From Anaerohalosphaeraceae bacterium (GTDB lineage Bacteria; Planctomycetota; Phycisphaerae; Sedimentisphaerales; Anaerohalosphaeraceae), in assembly GCA_963675525.2 (NCBI GenBank), contig CAXXSL010000020.1, positions 64,001 through 128,000 on the forward strand: a stretch of 64,000 bases of DNA, given 5' to 3'. Position 1 is the stretch's first letter, and every line of letters begins with the position of its first letter. Both the position numbers and the translations under genes were made by a program. The notes under the pieces are model-generated. The model made no database searches. It was given only the letters and a program-made list of their open reading frames with translations, and had not been told where the DNA came from. Shown in pieces: positions 1 through 10,277 of this stretch.

Positions 1-26
1 TCCTGTAATCCTTTAAATAGGATACA

Positions 27-797
27 TTATGCGAGGTGTTTTGGCAACAGAATCTTAAACCGCGTACCGGATCCGGGTCTGGAATCAACCGTAATGCAGC
101 CGTGATGGAGTTCGATGACTTTGCGGCAAAAGGCCAACCCTAGACCGTTACCTTGCGTTTTACCAAAGGTGCAGAAGGGCGAGAAAATGTCCTTGAGCTT
201 TTCGGTGTCAATGCCCGGGCCCGTGTCCGAAATCTGTATGACGGTGCCGTCTGCTGTTTCTTCGGCGGTAATCGTTACCTGACCGCCCTTTGCCAGCATT
301 GCATGGCGTGCATTGAGGAGAAGATTCATGAAAACCTGCTGTATCGTGGTGCCATCGGCCTTGATCCGGATGCAGTCGGAAACCTGGCGGATGACACGAA
401 TCCCGTCCTTTTCAAAGTCCCTTCCGATGCAGGTAAAAACGTTGTCGAGGATACTGTTCAATGCGAGGGTTTCTATTTCCGTTTGGTCGCCTTGGTCGGA
501 ATGGGCCAGCATCATTACTTTGTCCATGACATCTTTGGCTCGCTCACTTAAAAGCAGTGTTTTCTGAAGGGCCTTTTCGCGCAAAGCGGCATCCTGCGGA
601 TTCTGTAATGCGAGTTGGGAATAGTTCAGTATGGGCATCAGCAGATTATTAAGCTCGTGAGCGGTCATGGCCCAGGCCATACCTAGATTCGCCAGCGGCT
701 GAAGGCCGGAAAGGGTCTCTTCCAATGCCCGGCATTTTTCCTCAATATCTTCAACCCGTTGATGCAGTGCCTTCCGTTTTTCGAGCAATTCCGACAA
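27..797 (-). CDS. Sensor-less histidine kinase (coiled coil + HisKA + HATPase_c)
   Basis: H-box AHELNNLL, N-box QVFMNLLLNA, DTGPG, GNGLGL, GSGTRF; no TM or sensor domain. Confidence 0.9.
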   Translation of the reverse strand: MSELLEKRKALHQRVEDIEEKCRALEETLSGLQPLANLGMAWAMTAHELNNLLMPILNYSQLALQNPQDAALREKALQKTLLLSERAKDVMDKVMMLAHSDQGDQTEIETLALNSILDNVFTCIGRDFEKDGIRVIRQVSDCIRIKADGTTIQQVFMNLLLNARHAMLAKGGQVTITAEETADGTVIQISDTGPGIDTEKLKDIFSPFCTFGKTQGNGLGLAFCRKVIELHHGCITVDSRPGSGTRFKILLPKHLA

Positions 798-906
798 AGA
801 ATTCCCTCTCCAATTTAAAAATCGTCATTGTATTTTTACACCCAACTGCTACCATATTAACACGTTAATATGCTTATCGGCTAATATCGGAGATTTTCTT
901 GAGAGA

Positions 907-1173
907 ATGGATTACATTACCATCACTCAGCAATTGTTAGCACTTCTGGCCGAACGAGGGGTCGAGGTCCGAAAAGAGCCTATGGGCGGTGGGCAGGGCG
1001 GTCTGTGTTGTTTTAAGGACAAACGTGTTTTCTTCCTTGATCAGGATTCGGACTCGCTGGAAATGGCTGCAAGCTGTGCCCGGGCAATCGGAAAGACAAT
1101 AGAAGACATCGAAGGTATTTATTTAAAGCCCGCTATTCGAGAATTTATTGACAAATATGGCACAGAGGGGTAG
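907..1173 (+). CDS. Small hypothetical protein
   Basis: 88-aa ORF, GAGAG SD-like sequence, divergent from kinase, co-oriented with receiver gene. Confidence 0.7.
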   Translation: MDYITITQQLLALLAERGVEVRKEPMGGGQGGLCCFKDKRVFFLDQDSDSLEMAASCARAIGKTIEDIEGIYLKPAIREFIDKYGTEG

Positions 1174-1222
1174 ATTCTTGTCGCTGTGTTATGAAAGATA
1201 GTTTTTGTGAGGAAATTTTATT

Positions 1223-1678
1223 ATGTCACCCGAAGAAATGCAAACGTCTGTCGTGTTGGTTGTTGATGATAACATTCAGAATCTGGAGCTAATTCTTGCC
1301 TATCTGGAAGATATCGACTGTCAAACCCTTTCAGCCGAAGGGGGCAGGCAGGCATTAGAGATCATTCAACAAACTCCGCCCGACCTGGTGCTGCTGGATG
1401 TCATGATGCCGAAGATCAGCGGCTTCGAGGTCTGCAAACAAATTAAAAACAATCCCAAGACGGCTGATATCCCGGTTATTATGGTCACAGCTCTGAATGA
1501 AATCGGCGACATCGAAAGGGCGATTGATTCGGGAACGGACGATTTTCTCAGCAAACCCGTCAATAAATGGGAGTTGCTGACACGCGTTAAAACCATGTTG
1601 AAATTGAAGCATTTGGAAGATAAGCTGGAGCGTACGCTGGCTTATCTCAGTGAGATCGAACAGAACTACCAGGAATAG
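1223..1678 (+). CDS. Single-domain response regulator (REC + short C-terminal coiled coil)
   Basis: VLVVDD, DLVLLDVMMP, VTA, DDFLSKP motifs. Confidence 0.92.
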   Translation: MSPEEMQTSVVLVVDDNIQNLELILAYLEDIDCQTLSAEGGRQALEIIQQTPPDLVLLDVMMPKISGFEVCKQIKNNPKTADIPVIMVTALNEIGDIERAIDSGTDDFLSKPVNKWELLTRVKTMLKLKHLEDKLERTLAYLSEIEQNYQE

Positions 1679-1703
1679 CGTACTTCTTTTTTTCAAACAC
1701 ATC

Positions 1704-1727
1704 AGCGGGCGAACGTCCGCTTTTTTT
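1704..1727 (+). terminator. Intrinsic terminator
   Basis: AGCGGGC-GAAC-GTCCGCT followed by T run. Confidence 0.75.
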
Positions 1728-1938
1728 ATGCATGTAAGCGTGCACGATGTTCCGATAAAGTACTGAAATAATCGGTCAATCGTTACAGACGGCACGACTG
1801 CCATATTCACATCTGAAATCTCATCGATTTAGAATTCCTTTGCCGGAAGGGGATTAATCCGTTCGGCGGTCCTGTCGATAAAACGTTCATCATACAGTGA
1901 TTAAAAAGAGTCTAAACAACCCGACAGGAACGACATGA

Positions 1939-3558
1939 ATGAGTAAGCTCTTAGAGATATTTGGAAAAGGGATAAGTGTTGATACGACTGAGATTTTGTG
2001 GCATTGGCTGAACACCATTCTTTCCGGAAATGAGACATCCGAAGCATCCGGCCGGCTTAATCCGATATTGGATCATCTTGCCAACCGTGAACTGGTGCCC
2101 GCTGAGGACAAACTCAAGCTTTACTTATTTGACAATCCGGAATGTGTGTACGGCCGTATGGCGGCGGCGGTGATATGCCTGCATCAGAACCAACCGGAAA
2201 AAGCGATTGAGCAGGCTCAGAGTATTTATCTGCGGCAGCCTTCCAATACCATGGCCTTGTACCTTTTGGGGTATTGTTATGAACGTATTGGCAAAATTGA
2301 GCAGGCGCTTGAATTTTATCAGGATTGCATCAAATTCAAGAGCCATCTGCAATTACCCCGGCAGCGAATGGCGGCGATTTATTTGAAGGAAGGACGTTTG
2401 GATCAAGTGGTCCGCCAGTACGAACAGATCACAACGGAGCATCAGGATGATATTTCATCTCTGGTGCTGCTTGGGCATCTATATATCGCTGCGTCGGAAT
2501 ACGAAAAGGCGATTGACACGTTTAACCTGGCAATCTTATCGCATCCGGACAATTTTTTGGTAAACCGGGAAGAGGATGAGATCGAAGTGCTGGCTAACGG
2601 CGGCATGTTTGAGCAAGCGATGGAAAAAATCCAGTGCTTGATTGAACAAGTTGGGCTGATGCCGGATTTATTGATCCGGATGGCCGATGTCTATAGCCAG
2701 TGGGATAGAGAGGCTGAAGCGATTGCCTGTTATGAAAATGCGATCCGTGTCCAGCCCAACTCGCTTGAAGCCAGCATCAAACTGGGAACGCATTACCTGC
2801 GAAATCAAAAATTCTCGCTGGCCGCCGAACAATTTAACAGGGCGGCGGAAATAAACGACGAAATCGTTGACGCGTATCTCGGACTTGTAAAGGCTCAAAA
2901 TCTGTCCGGCGAAGAAAATGAGGCCGCACAAACAATGTCATTAGCGGCATCGATCCAACAAAACAGTACGTTGTTGTATTCGGAGTCAGCCACGCTCCAG
3001 TTTCAGTCCGTTTTGGACCAAAATGTAATCCCCCAAAGAGAGTCCGATAAACCGATCGTTTTGATTAATGATGTCATACGGGCCTATCAGAAACAGCTTA
3101 AAAAACATCCCGGCAGACCGGATGTGCAATATAAATACGGCATTCTGATGATGGTCGAAAACAATTTACAGATGGCGATCAGCGCGTTTCAGAATGTCCT
3201 GCCGTTGAATCCAATCCATTACAGGGCCCTCAATAAACTGGCTGTTTGTTATTTTGATGATGGACGGCCGGAAAAAGCCATCAAGGCATTAATCGGTGGT
3301 GATTTGTGTGATGCGTCGGTTTTTGAAATGTATTATAAAACAGCGATCTTATTCTGTGACAGAACGGCTTTTTCGCAGGCCGTAAAAAAACTTCAAATGA
3401 TAAAAGTAACCGAACAGAATCAACATTCGGAAATACAGGCAAACATTGAGATCGTGCTTGAGAACCTCGGATTAGTTGACCGAGCATTTACAAATTGGAG
3501 ACGGTTGGAAGAAACCTCAGAAAATCTGCTGGAAATTCACAAATCCAGGCCTAAATAG
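1939..3558 (+). CDS. Tetratricopeptide repeat protein
   Basis: Multiple TPR-like units (ALYLLGYCYERIGKIEQALEFY, SLVLLGHLYIAASEYEKAIDTF). Confidence 0.85.
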   Translation: MSKLLEIFGKGISVDTTEILWHWLNTILSGNETSEASGRLNPILDHLANRELVPAEDKLKLYLFDNPECVYGRMAAAVICLHQNQPEKAIEQAQSIYLRQPSNTMALYLLGYCYERIGKIEQALEFYQDCIKFKSHLQLPRQRMAAIYLKEGRLDQVVRQYEQITTEHQDDISSLVLLGHLYIAASEYEKAIDTFNLAILSHPDNFLVNREEDEIEVLANGGMFEQAMEKIQCLIEQVGLMPDLLIRMADVYSQWDREAEAIACYENAIRVQPNSLEASIKLGTHYLRNQKFSLAAEQFNRAAEINDEIVDAYLGLVKAQNLSGEENEAAQTMSLAASIQQNSTLLYSESATLQFQSVLDQNVIPQRESDKPIVLINDVIRAYQKQLKKHPGRPDVQYKYGILMMVENNLQMAISAFQNVLPLNPIHYRALNKLAVCYFDDGRPEKAIKALIGGDLCDASVFEMYYKTAILFCDRTAFSQAVKKLQMIKVTEQNQHSEIQANIEIVLENLGLVDRAFTNWRRLEETSENLLEIHKSRPK

Positions 3559-3821
3559 ACACAGAATACGTGCCACTCAACAAAAATCCCTTGTTAATCG
3601 TCCTGACGTAGATTTAAGTTCTTATTAATGTTAGACTTATGCGGTTTTTCGAAATTCCTGCTATTTCTTTGAATGAAACATAAGATATATTATGGGACTA
3701 AGCGTGTGGGGTTTTTAAATCAAGAAAATGACAGACCGCTTCTTGCTATGCTTTGGTTAAATCATCTCAATTGTTCAGTTAAGTATCAAAACCCCAGTCG
3801 TCCTGGTGTTTGTTCCGGCAT

Positions 3822-3848
3822 AAAAAAAGCCCCGGCTACGGGGCTTTT
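3822..3848. terminator. Bidirectional intrinsic terminator between convergent genes
   Basis: A7-GCCCCG-GCTA-CGGGGC-T4. Confidence 0.8.
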
Positions 3849-3875
3849 GAATCTTCATGGAATGTGAATCGTAAG

Positions 3876-5570
3876 TTATTTTTCGCCAGCCAGGACCTCG
3901 GCAATGTTAAACGCATGGTCCTTGATACGCCTATAGGCTGTCAGCATATCCGTGTAAATCAGGCTCATCAAAGGAGACACAACACAATCACCAACGCGTA
4001 CCAAATGCCGATCCCGGCATTCCTTCATCAGATTGGTCACGGCCAAGCCTTTGGTCCGCATCTCGCTGAAATAGTCCGAAGAATCATCTTCCCGTGAAAT
4101 ACCTTCATCGATCAGATTGATGTATTCTTCAACGCTTTCGTGCAGATCTATTAAATCTTTCAGTCCGCCCTCGCTGAATTGAAGCCCGGTATTGCGCATT
4201 TTCAATCGCAGTTTCAGCAGACCCTCAACATAGTCGCTGATCGACTCCAGTTCATCAGCCATGCGCAAATGACTGCTGGCGTCCTGCATCACCTCATGCG
4301 TAATATTGCCGGCCATCATGTCCCCGATAAATTCGACAATTTCCTTCTGGATGACGTCAAGGTCATTCTCTTTCCGGAAGATGTCCCGGGCTAAATCCCG
4401 ATCGGGTTCATCATTTGACAACATCCGCTTGAATGATTGTATCATATCTCTGGACATCCGTGCCATTTTGATCAGTTCCTTATACGACTGCTCGACCGCA
4501 ATTGCCGGCGTGTCCAGCATCCGCACATTCAGATACGTCAATCGCGGTTTTTCCGTTGTTCTTTCGGGAACAAGCCAGATTAAAAATCGCGTATAAATGC
4601 CCACCCATGGCAAAAAGACCAGCATATTCAGAATTTTAAAACCGGTGTGTGTGACGGCAATCGCTTTCTCCGCATTGGGATAAGTCGCCGAGATATCGGT
4701 ATACACCGCCACGTCGGGCAATTCGCAGCCTAAAAATGTGGTTGTAAACCAGACGACGCCTTTCGTATAGATAAAAAACAGCGGGAAAATCCACAGAACA
4801 CCCAGTATGTTAAAAATAACATGGGCATAGGCCGCCCGCTTGGCATTTGTGATGGTACCCAACGACGCCAGAACCGGCGTGATGGTCGTCCCGATATTCT
4901 CACCCAGAATCAATCCCGCTGCCGTGGGGAAATTGATAATTCCCGTTCCGGCCAATGCCATCGTAATGCCCACCGTCGCTGATGAGGACTGTATGATGGC
5001 GGTGACCGCCGCTCCGACCATAATACATTTGACAACCCCCCAGTAACTGTCGGCCTGAAACCGGCTGAACCAGGCCACGAATTCCGGCATGTTTTTTATC
5101 GGAGACAATCCCTGTTTCATCAGTTCCAAACCGAAGAAGACCATTCCAAGCCCCAGAACAAAGACGGCGATGAATCGAATGCGGTCCGATTTTGAAAACA
5201 GGTAAAAGAGGGCTGAAAAACCGATGATTGGAAGACCGTATTGTTCAAGACTGTAGGCCATGATCCAGGCAGTTATCGTGGTGCCGACGTTGGCTCCTAC
5301 AATAATCCCTATCGCCTGTTTGAGCGTCATCAACCCGGCATTGACCATGCCGACCACCATGACCGTTGCTACAGAACTGGACTGAATAAGCCCCGTCACC
5401 GCTGCGCCGGCTCCTACACCCATCAGCCGGTTATCCGTCGCAAGACCGATGAGCTTTCGCATTCTCTCCCCGGCGACGGCCTGCATCCCATCGGACATGT
5501 TTTTCATACCCAGAAGAAAGATACCCAGACCGCCAAACACATGGAAGATAATCGTAATGGCCTGCGGCAT
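3876..5570 (-). CDS. Na/Pi cotransporter (NptA/YjbB family) with C-terminal PhoU-like domain, copy 1
   Basis: Two QSSS motifs, GANVGTT/GENIGTT, multiple TMs, PhoU-like DELESISDY / RIKDHAFNIAE. Confidence 0.9.
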   Translation of the reverse strand: MPQAITIIFHVFGGLGIFLLGMKNMSDGMQAVAGERMRKLIGLATDNRLMGVGAGAAVTGLIQSSSVATVMVVGMVNAGLMTLKQAIGIIVGANVGTTITAWIMAYSLEQYGLPIIGFSALFYLFSKSDRIRFIAVFVLGLGMVFFGLELMKQGLSPIKNMPEFVAWFSRFQADSYWGVVKCIMVGAAVTAIIQSSSATVGITMALAGTGIINFPTAAGLILGENIGTTITPVLASLGTITNAKRAAYAHVIFNILGVLWIFPLFFIYTKGVVWFTTTFLGCELPDVAVYTDISATYPNAEKAIAVTHTGFKILNMLVFLPWVGIYTRFLIWLVPERTTEKPRLTYLNVRMLDTPAIAVEQSYKELIKMARMSRDMIQSFKRMLSNDEPDRDLARDIFRKENDLDVIQKEIVEFIGDMMAGNITHEVMQDASSHLRMADELESISDYVEGLLKLRLKMRNTGLQFSEGGLKDLIDLHESVEEYINLIDEGISREDDSSDYFSEMRTKGLAVTNLMKECRDRHLVRVGDCVVSPLMSLIYTDMLTAYRRIKDHAFNIAEVLAGEK

Positions 5571-5714
5571 AGCACACTCTCAATAGGGTTTCAGTCGGAT
5601 CGAAACGATTTTCGGGAAATATAACCTAAACCTGAGAATACAGTCAAGTATAATATTCAACTCGCCTCAGGGCAAATCGAATGACGTGTAGATAGAATGG
5701 CTCGATATTTCGGG

Positions 5715-7604
5715 TTATTTTTCGCCCGCTAACACCTCGGCGATATTATAAGCATGGTCCTTGATGCGCCGATAGGCTGTCAGCATATCCGTGTAAATCA
5801 GGCTCATCAAAGGAGACACAACCCCGTCACCGACACGTCCCAAATGCCGCTCGCGGCATTCCTTCATCAAATTGGTGATGGCCAGCCCCTTGGTTCGCAT
5901 CTCGCTGAAATAGTCCGGCGAATTATCCTCCCGTGAAATGCCTTCATTGATCAGATTAATGTATTCTTCCACTTTTTCATGCAGACTGACCAAATCCTTT
6001 AATCCGCCCTCACTGAATTGAAGCTCCGTATTGCGCATCTTCAGCCGCAGTTTCAGCAGACTCTGGATATAATCGCTGATGGACTCCAGTTCGTCAGCCA
6101 TACGCAAATGAGCGCTGGCATCCTGCATCACCTCATGCGTGATGTTACCAGCCATCATGTCCCCGATAAACTCAACGATCTCCTTCTGGATCATATCGAG
6201 GTCGTTTTCCTGCTTGAATATCTTTTCGGAGGTCTGTCGGTTCGGCTCATCGTTAGACAGCATCCCCTTGAATGACCGCATCATGTCATCGGCATCGTGC
6301 CCCATCTTGATCAGTTCTTTATACGACTGCTCAATGGCAATCGCCGGCGTATCCAGCATCCGCACATTCAGATAGGTCAACCGCGGCTTTTCCGCCACTT
6401 TGTCCGGCACCAGCCATACCAGGAACTTCGCCATGAATCCGATAAACGGCAGAAACAGCAGCGTATTGGCAATATTAAATCCCGAATGCGTAAATGCGAT
6501 CGCCGGTTGCGTAAAGGGATACTCTACGCCATGCGTGGTATAAAGCGGCAAATCCGGCAACCGATGTTTGTCGACAAATTTCTCTAAATCGCTTGCCAGT
6601 ACATACGATGTTTCATCCTCCAGAGTTTCGTCCAGACTGTTAACATGCCGCCCATCCGCATCGGGAAAGTACAAAACGGTTTCAGGAATACGGCACACTC
6701 CCGCGTAATCCTTGATCTTCGTATCATTACGGTCCTGGACCACAATGGCGGAGATATCGCAGATTTGTGTTTTTGTGATGATCCGTGAGATCAAATTCGT
6801 ATATGGAACGAACAACAGCGTGATCCAGAAGACCCCGATGACATTAAACGCTACGTGGGCATACGCCGCCCGTCGGGCATTTGTGAAAGCCCCGAGCGAT
6901 GCTAAAAACGCCGTAATCGTTGTGCCGATGTTTTCACCCAGAATCAATGCCGCAGCGGTCATGTAATCGATTGTTCCCGTCAGCGCCAGTGCCATCGTGA
7001 TACCCAGTGTCGCCGAAGACGACTGTACGATTGCCGTCAGCAGCGCCCCCGCCAGCACGCATTTCCACACACCCCAATACGTATCAGGAGTGAAACGGTG
7101 GAACCATTCCACAAACCCCTGCATCTCCTTGATTGGGGCAAATCCGTTCTTCATTAGTTCCAGCCCGAAAAACACCATCCCCAGGCCCATCAGAAACATT
7201 GCGAAAAACCGAATTGTGTCCTTTTTCGAAAACAGGTAGAAAAACGCGGAAATTCCCAACAGCGGCAGGCCGTACTTGCCGATCTTGACGACCAGAATCC
7301 AGCCGGTAATCGTCGTGCCAATATTCGCTCCCAGTATCACCCCGATTGCCTGCGTTAGCGTCATAATGCTGGCGTTGACCATCCCGACGACCATGACTGT
7401 TGTTACGGAACTGGACTGAATGATACACGTTACCAGTGTGCCGACGCCGCTGGCCATCAGCCGGTTGTTCGTCACCGCCCCGATAAGCTTACGAAGCCGC
7501 TCCCCTGCTACGGCCTGCATGCCTTCGGACATGTTTTTCATGCCCAGAAGAAAAATTCCCAGCCCGCCGCACACTTGAAAAAGGATCTCAAAAGTCTGCC
7601 CCAT
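5715..7604 (-). CDS. Na/Pi cotransporter (NptA/YjbB family), copy 2 with ~65-aa insertion
   Basis: Same motifs; start moved to ATG 7604 (MGQTF; GAGGA SD; aligns with paralog N-terminus). Confidence 0.9.
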   Translation of the reverse strand: MGQTFEILFQVCGGLGIFLLGMKNMSEGMQAVAGERLRKLIGAVTNNRLMASGVGTLVTCIIQSSSVTTVMVVGMVNASIMTLTQAIGVILGANIGTTITGWILVVKIGKYGLPLLGISAFFYLFSKKDTIRFFAMFLMGLGMVFFGLELMKNGFAPIKEMQGFVEWFHRFTPDTYWGVWKCVLAGALLTAIVQSSSATLGITMALALTGTIDYMTAAALILGENIGTTITAFLASLGAFTNARRAAYAHVAFNVIGVFWITLLFVPYTNLISRIITKTQICDISAIVVQDRNDTKIKDYAGVCRIPETVLYFPDADGRHVNSLDETLEDETSYVLASDLEKFVDKHRLPDLPLYTTHGVEYPFTQPAIAFTHSGFNIANTLLFLPFIGFMAKFLVWLVPDKVAEKPRLTYLNVRMLDTPAIAIEQSYKELIKMGHDADDMMRSFKGMLSNDEPNRQTSEKIFKQENDLDMIQKEIVEFIGDMMAGNITHEVMQDASAHLRMADELESISDYIQSLLKLRLKMRNTELQFSEGGLKDLVSLHEKVEEYINLINEGISREDNSPDYFSEMRTKGLAITNLMKECRERHLGRVGDGVVSPLMSLIYTDMLTAYRRIKDHAYNIAEVLAGEK

Positions 7605-7749
7605 AACGAAATAATCCTCAATAATCCATGTTAAAATTTTGTTAATACCGGACAAATTTTACGGTTTCACGCGGAGTTATAACCGCTCAAACATGAAAGT
7701 CAAGAACAAACCCCAAAACTGCATTATTGTGCTAATATTCACACTTTTT

Positions 7750-7777
7750 GTCATTCCGAGCTAAAAGCGAGGAATCT
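7750..7777 (+). repeat. GTCATT-type REP-like palindromic element
   Basis: GTCATTCCGAGCTAAAAGCGAGGAATCT, related to the element at 36690. Confidence 0.5.
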
Positions 7778-7834
7778 ATTATTTCAGCCGGGGCGAAGCC
7801 GCTTCCATACTAAAATTGAAAATCTCTGTTGGTC

Positions 7835-8698
7835 TCATTCTTCCTTCGCCTGCAACTCCACCCACACAAGATAATGATCCGACACCGCCGGGACGATTCC
7901 CGCCGTATAGATGCCGCTGTTAATATATTCCTCGTATGTGTCCTCATTGAGTATGATTCTATCGTACGCACAATCCGTCGCGGCCACCGTCGTATCCTGC
8001 TCGTCTTCGATCAGCCAGTGCCACCCGATAAAGTCGTCCGCTGTAGTGGGCTCGTAATAATCGCAATCCGCATTCAGGTCGCCCATTACCACGACATTTC
8101 CGCCAGCCGTAACCACATCTTCCAGATGACTGATTTCACTGTCCGCATCGTCCGGCTTGGTATGAATGTTGTAAACCGTTAATGGATACCCGCCGATTGA
8201 AAATGTAACCGCCACAGGCGGCCGTTCCCACCGGTCCGCAGTATCCGGGTTCAGGTCGGCGAATTCAACGATCTCTATGCCATTCCGGCAGATGACCCCG
8301 TACTGCTCTTTACTGGGGCTCCGCCCCGCCCGGCTTGAAACCATGCAGTCATAATCCTCAAGCAACGCGCACAGCGATTCAAAAGCCGTCTGGGACTTGT
8401 CCCGGATCTCCTGTACAAAGATAATGTCGTAGTCGTCGATGATGTCCGCGTAAACCGCCATCAGCGCCGCATCAGCCGCCTTCGTTTTCCCAAAGATATG
8501 AAGGTTCCAGTTGGCAATACGGACGGTATCACCCGAAAACGCCTCGTAGACCGCCATTTCCTCCGGCTCATCTGTCATTGTTTCCGGTAACACCGCTTCA
8601 GCAGGTTCCGGAAATTTCTCCCCAGGCGTACAGCCCGCAACGAGACAAAAACAAAACAACCCAGCAACCCCCATCAGAATAAACATAAGCTGCTTCAT
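7835..8698 (-). CDS. DNase I-like endonuclease/exonuclease/phosphatase family lipoprotein
   Basis: Lipobox VAGC; IANWNL, VQEIRD, MGDLNADC, CAYDRI, VSDHY motifs; start reassigned to MKQLMF at 8698. Confidence 0.88.
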   Translation of the reverse strand: MKQLMFILMGVAGLFCFCLVAGCTPGEKFPEPAEAVLPETMTDEPEEMAVYEAFSGDTVRIANWNLHIFGKTKAADAALMAVYADIIDDYDIIFVQEIRDKSQTAFESLCALLEDYDCMVSSRAGRSPSKEQYGVICRNGIEIVEFADLNPDTADRWERPPVAVTFSIGGYPLTVYNIHTKPDDADSEISHLEDVVTAGGNVVVMGDLNADCDYYEPTTADDFIGWHWLIEDEQDTTVAATDCAYDRIILNEDTYEEYINSGIYTAGIVPAVSDHYLVWVELQAKEE

Positions 8699-8801
8699 TT
8701 TTCCGCCCTTTAACAATTGATTTGCCGAGTCCTTGAATAAAATTATACCCGTCATTTCCCCCCGAAAAAAAGACAAAACCAAAAAACTCCCCACAGCGCA
8801 C

Positions 8802-8834
8802 AAAAAAGGCCGACGGATTAAATCCGCCAGCCTT
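8802..8834 (-). terminator. Intrinsic terminator of aminotransferase gene
   Basis: Minus strand AAGGCTGGCGGAT-TTA-ATCCGTCGGCCTTTTTT. Confidence 0.7.
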
Positions 8835-8852
8835 GAATTTACTGATCACTGT

Positions 8853-9971
8853 TCACTGACTTGCCAGTTTGCAGAGGATCTCGATGCCCTCATCGAGTTT
8901 TTCATCAGTGGCAACATAGCTGAGTCTAAAATGCGTATCCTGTTCGCTGAACACATTGCCCGGGATGATGAGGACATTGTTTTCGATGGCCTTTTTGACG
9001 AACTCCGTTGCGTTAGCATAGCCGTCCGGTGCCTTAATAAACATATAGAACGCCCCGCCGGGCTTGATGATATCAAAGCATTTGCCTAACCCCGCTAACA
9101 TACGGTCGCGTTTTTTGCGATAATTATCGACATAGCTGCTGATATCCGCATCCAGTGCCGTTATGATCGCCATCTGGAACGGCGTCGGTGCGCAGACAAA
9201 CGTGTACTGCTGAATCATCAGCATTTTTTCCAGCAGCGGCGCCAGTTTTTCCGAGACGGTCGCATACCCCAGTCGCCAACCGGTCATCGCATAGCTTTTA
9301 CTGAATCCCTTGAGAACCAGGGTCTTGTCATAATAGGCGCCGACATTGGCGGCTTTGGCGTCGTAGCTGAATTCCTCGTAAATCTCATCGCTCATGATAA
9401 TAATATCATGTTTGCGGGCCACTTCGACAATCGCCTTGATTTCCGCTTCCGTATAAACAATCCCGGTCGGATTGGCGGGCGAATTCAGGATGATCAGCTT
9501 TGTTTTGTCGGTGATCGCCGCTTCAACCTTATCGGCACCCAATCGGAAGTCCGGATATGTATTGACATACACGCATTTTCCGCCGAGCATGTTAATGACA
9601 TGTTTATAAATGACAAAATACGGGTCGGAGATGATGATCTCGTCGCCGGGATTGATCAACGCCATAAATGCCAGCAGCAGCGCCCCGCTGACCCCGTCAG
9701 TAATCATCAGCGGCGGGTTATCCCAGCCGTAGTCGGCGCTGGTTTTATTTTTCAGACGCTGGACCACCTCCGCCTGTCCGGCCGTTTGCGAGTACTTATT
9801 GAATCCCTTGCGGATGGCGTCAATCGCTGCTTCTTTGATCGTCTCCGGCACATCGAAATCCGGCTGTCCGATCGAAAGATTCACCGGGTCATCCAATTTT
9901 GCCGCCAGCGCAAAAACTTTCCGAATGCCGCTGGCATCGATTAATTTTGTGCGATCTGCAAGATAATCCAT
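8853..9971 (-). CDS. PLP-dependent aminotransferase class I/II (aspartate aminotransferase-like)
   Basis: GQPDF, NSPANPTG, SDEIY, GFSKSYAMTGWRLGY. Confidence 0.93.
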   Translation of the reverse strand: MDYLADRTKLIDASGIRKVFALAAKLDDPVNLSIGQPDFDVPETIKEAAIDAIRKGFNKYSQTAGQAEVVQRLKNKTSADYGWDNPPLMITDGVSGALLLAFMALINPGDEIIISDPYFVIYKHVINMLGGKCVYVNTYPDFRLGADKVEAAITDKTKLIILNSPANPTGIVYTEAEIKAIVEVARKHDIIIMSDEIYEEFSYDAKAANVGAYYDKTLVLKGFSKSYAMTGWRLGYATVSEKLAPLLEKMLMIQQYTFVCAPTPFQMAIITALDADISSYVDNYRKKRDRMLAGLGKCFDIIKPGGAFYMFIKAPDGYANATEFVKKAIENNVLIIPGNVFSEQDTHFRLSYVATDEKLDEGIEILCKLASQ

Positions 9972-10073
9972 TGTTCCATCCCTTCATTGGCTTAAATTGT
10001 TCCGCGCATAGCATTGCCGCTTGTACAACGTGACGACAGGTACAGAGCGGCAAGGTTATTGGCGTTAATCAAT

Positions 10074-10241
10074 CTATTTTACACTGGCTTTGCGGTGTGC
10101 CACTTTCGGCAACCCGGTTACCTTGTCGCCATCCTGCCAGCGTTCCTCGCTCTTTAGAACCTTAACCCGCTCTTCACGTGAAAGAACATTACGATGACGC
10201 TTCAGCGCCCCTTTGACTCTTAACGAACGATCAATAGACAT
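10074..10241 (-). CDS. PVC-superphylum signature small basic protein (TIGR04137-like), absent from ORF track
   Basis: Manual translation MSIDRSLRVKGALKRHRNVLSREERVKVLKSEERWQDGDKVTGLPKVAHRKASVK (55 aa); AGGAG SD; RNVL.R.ER and GLPKV motifs. Confidence 0.88.
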   Translation of the reverse strand: MSIDRSLRVKGALKRHRNVLSREERVKVLKSEERWQDGDKVTGLPKVAHRKASVK

Positions 10242-10277
10242 TTACTTTCTCCTGATATTGTTACAAACTTACAATTC

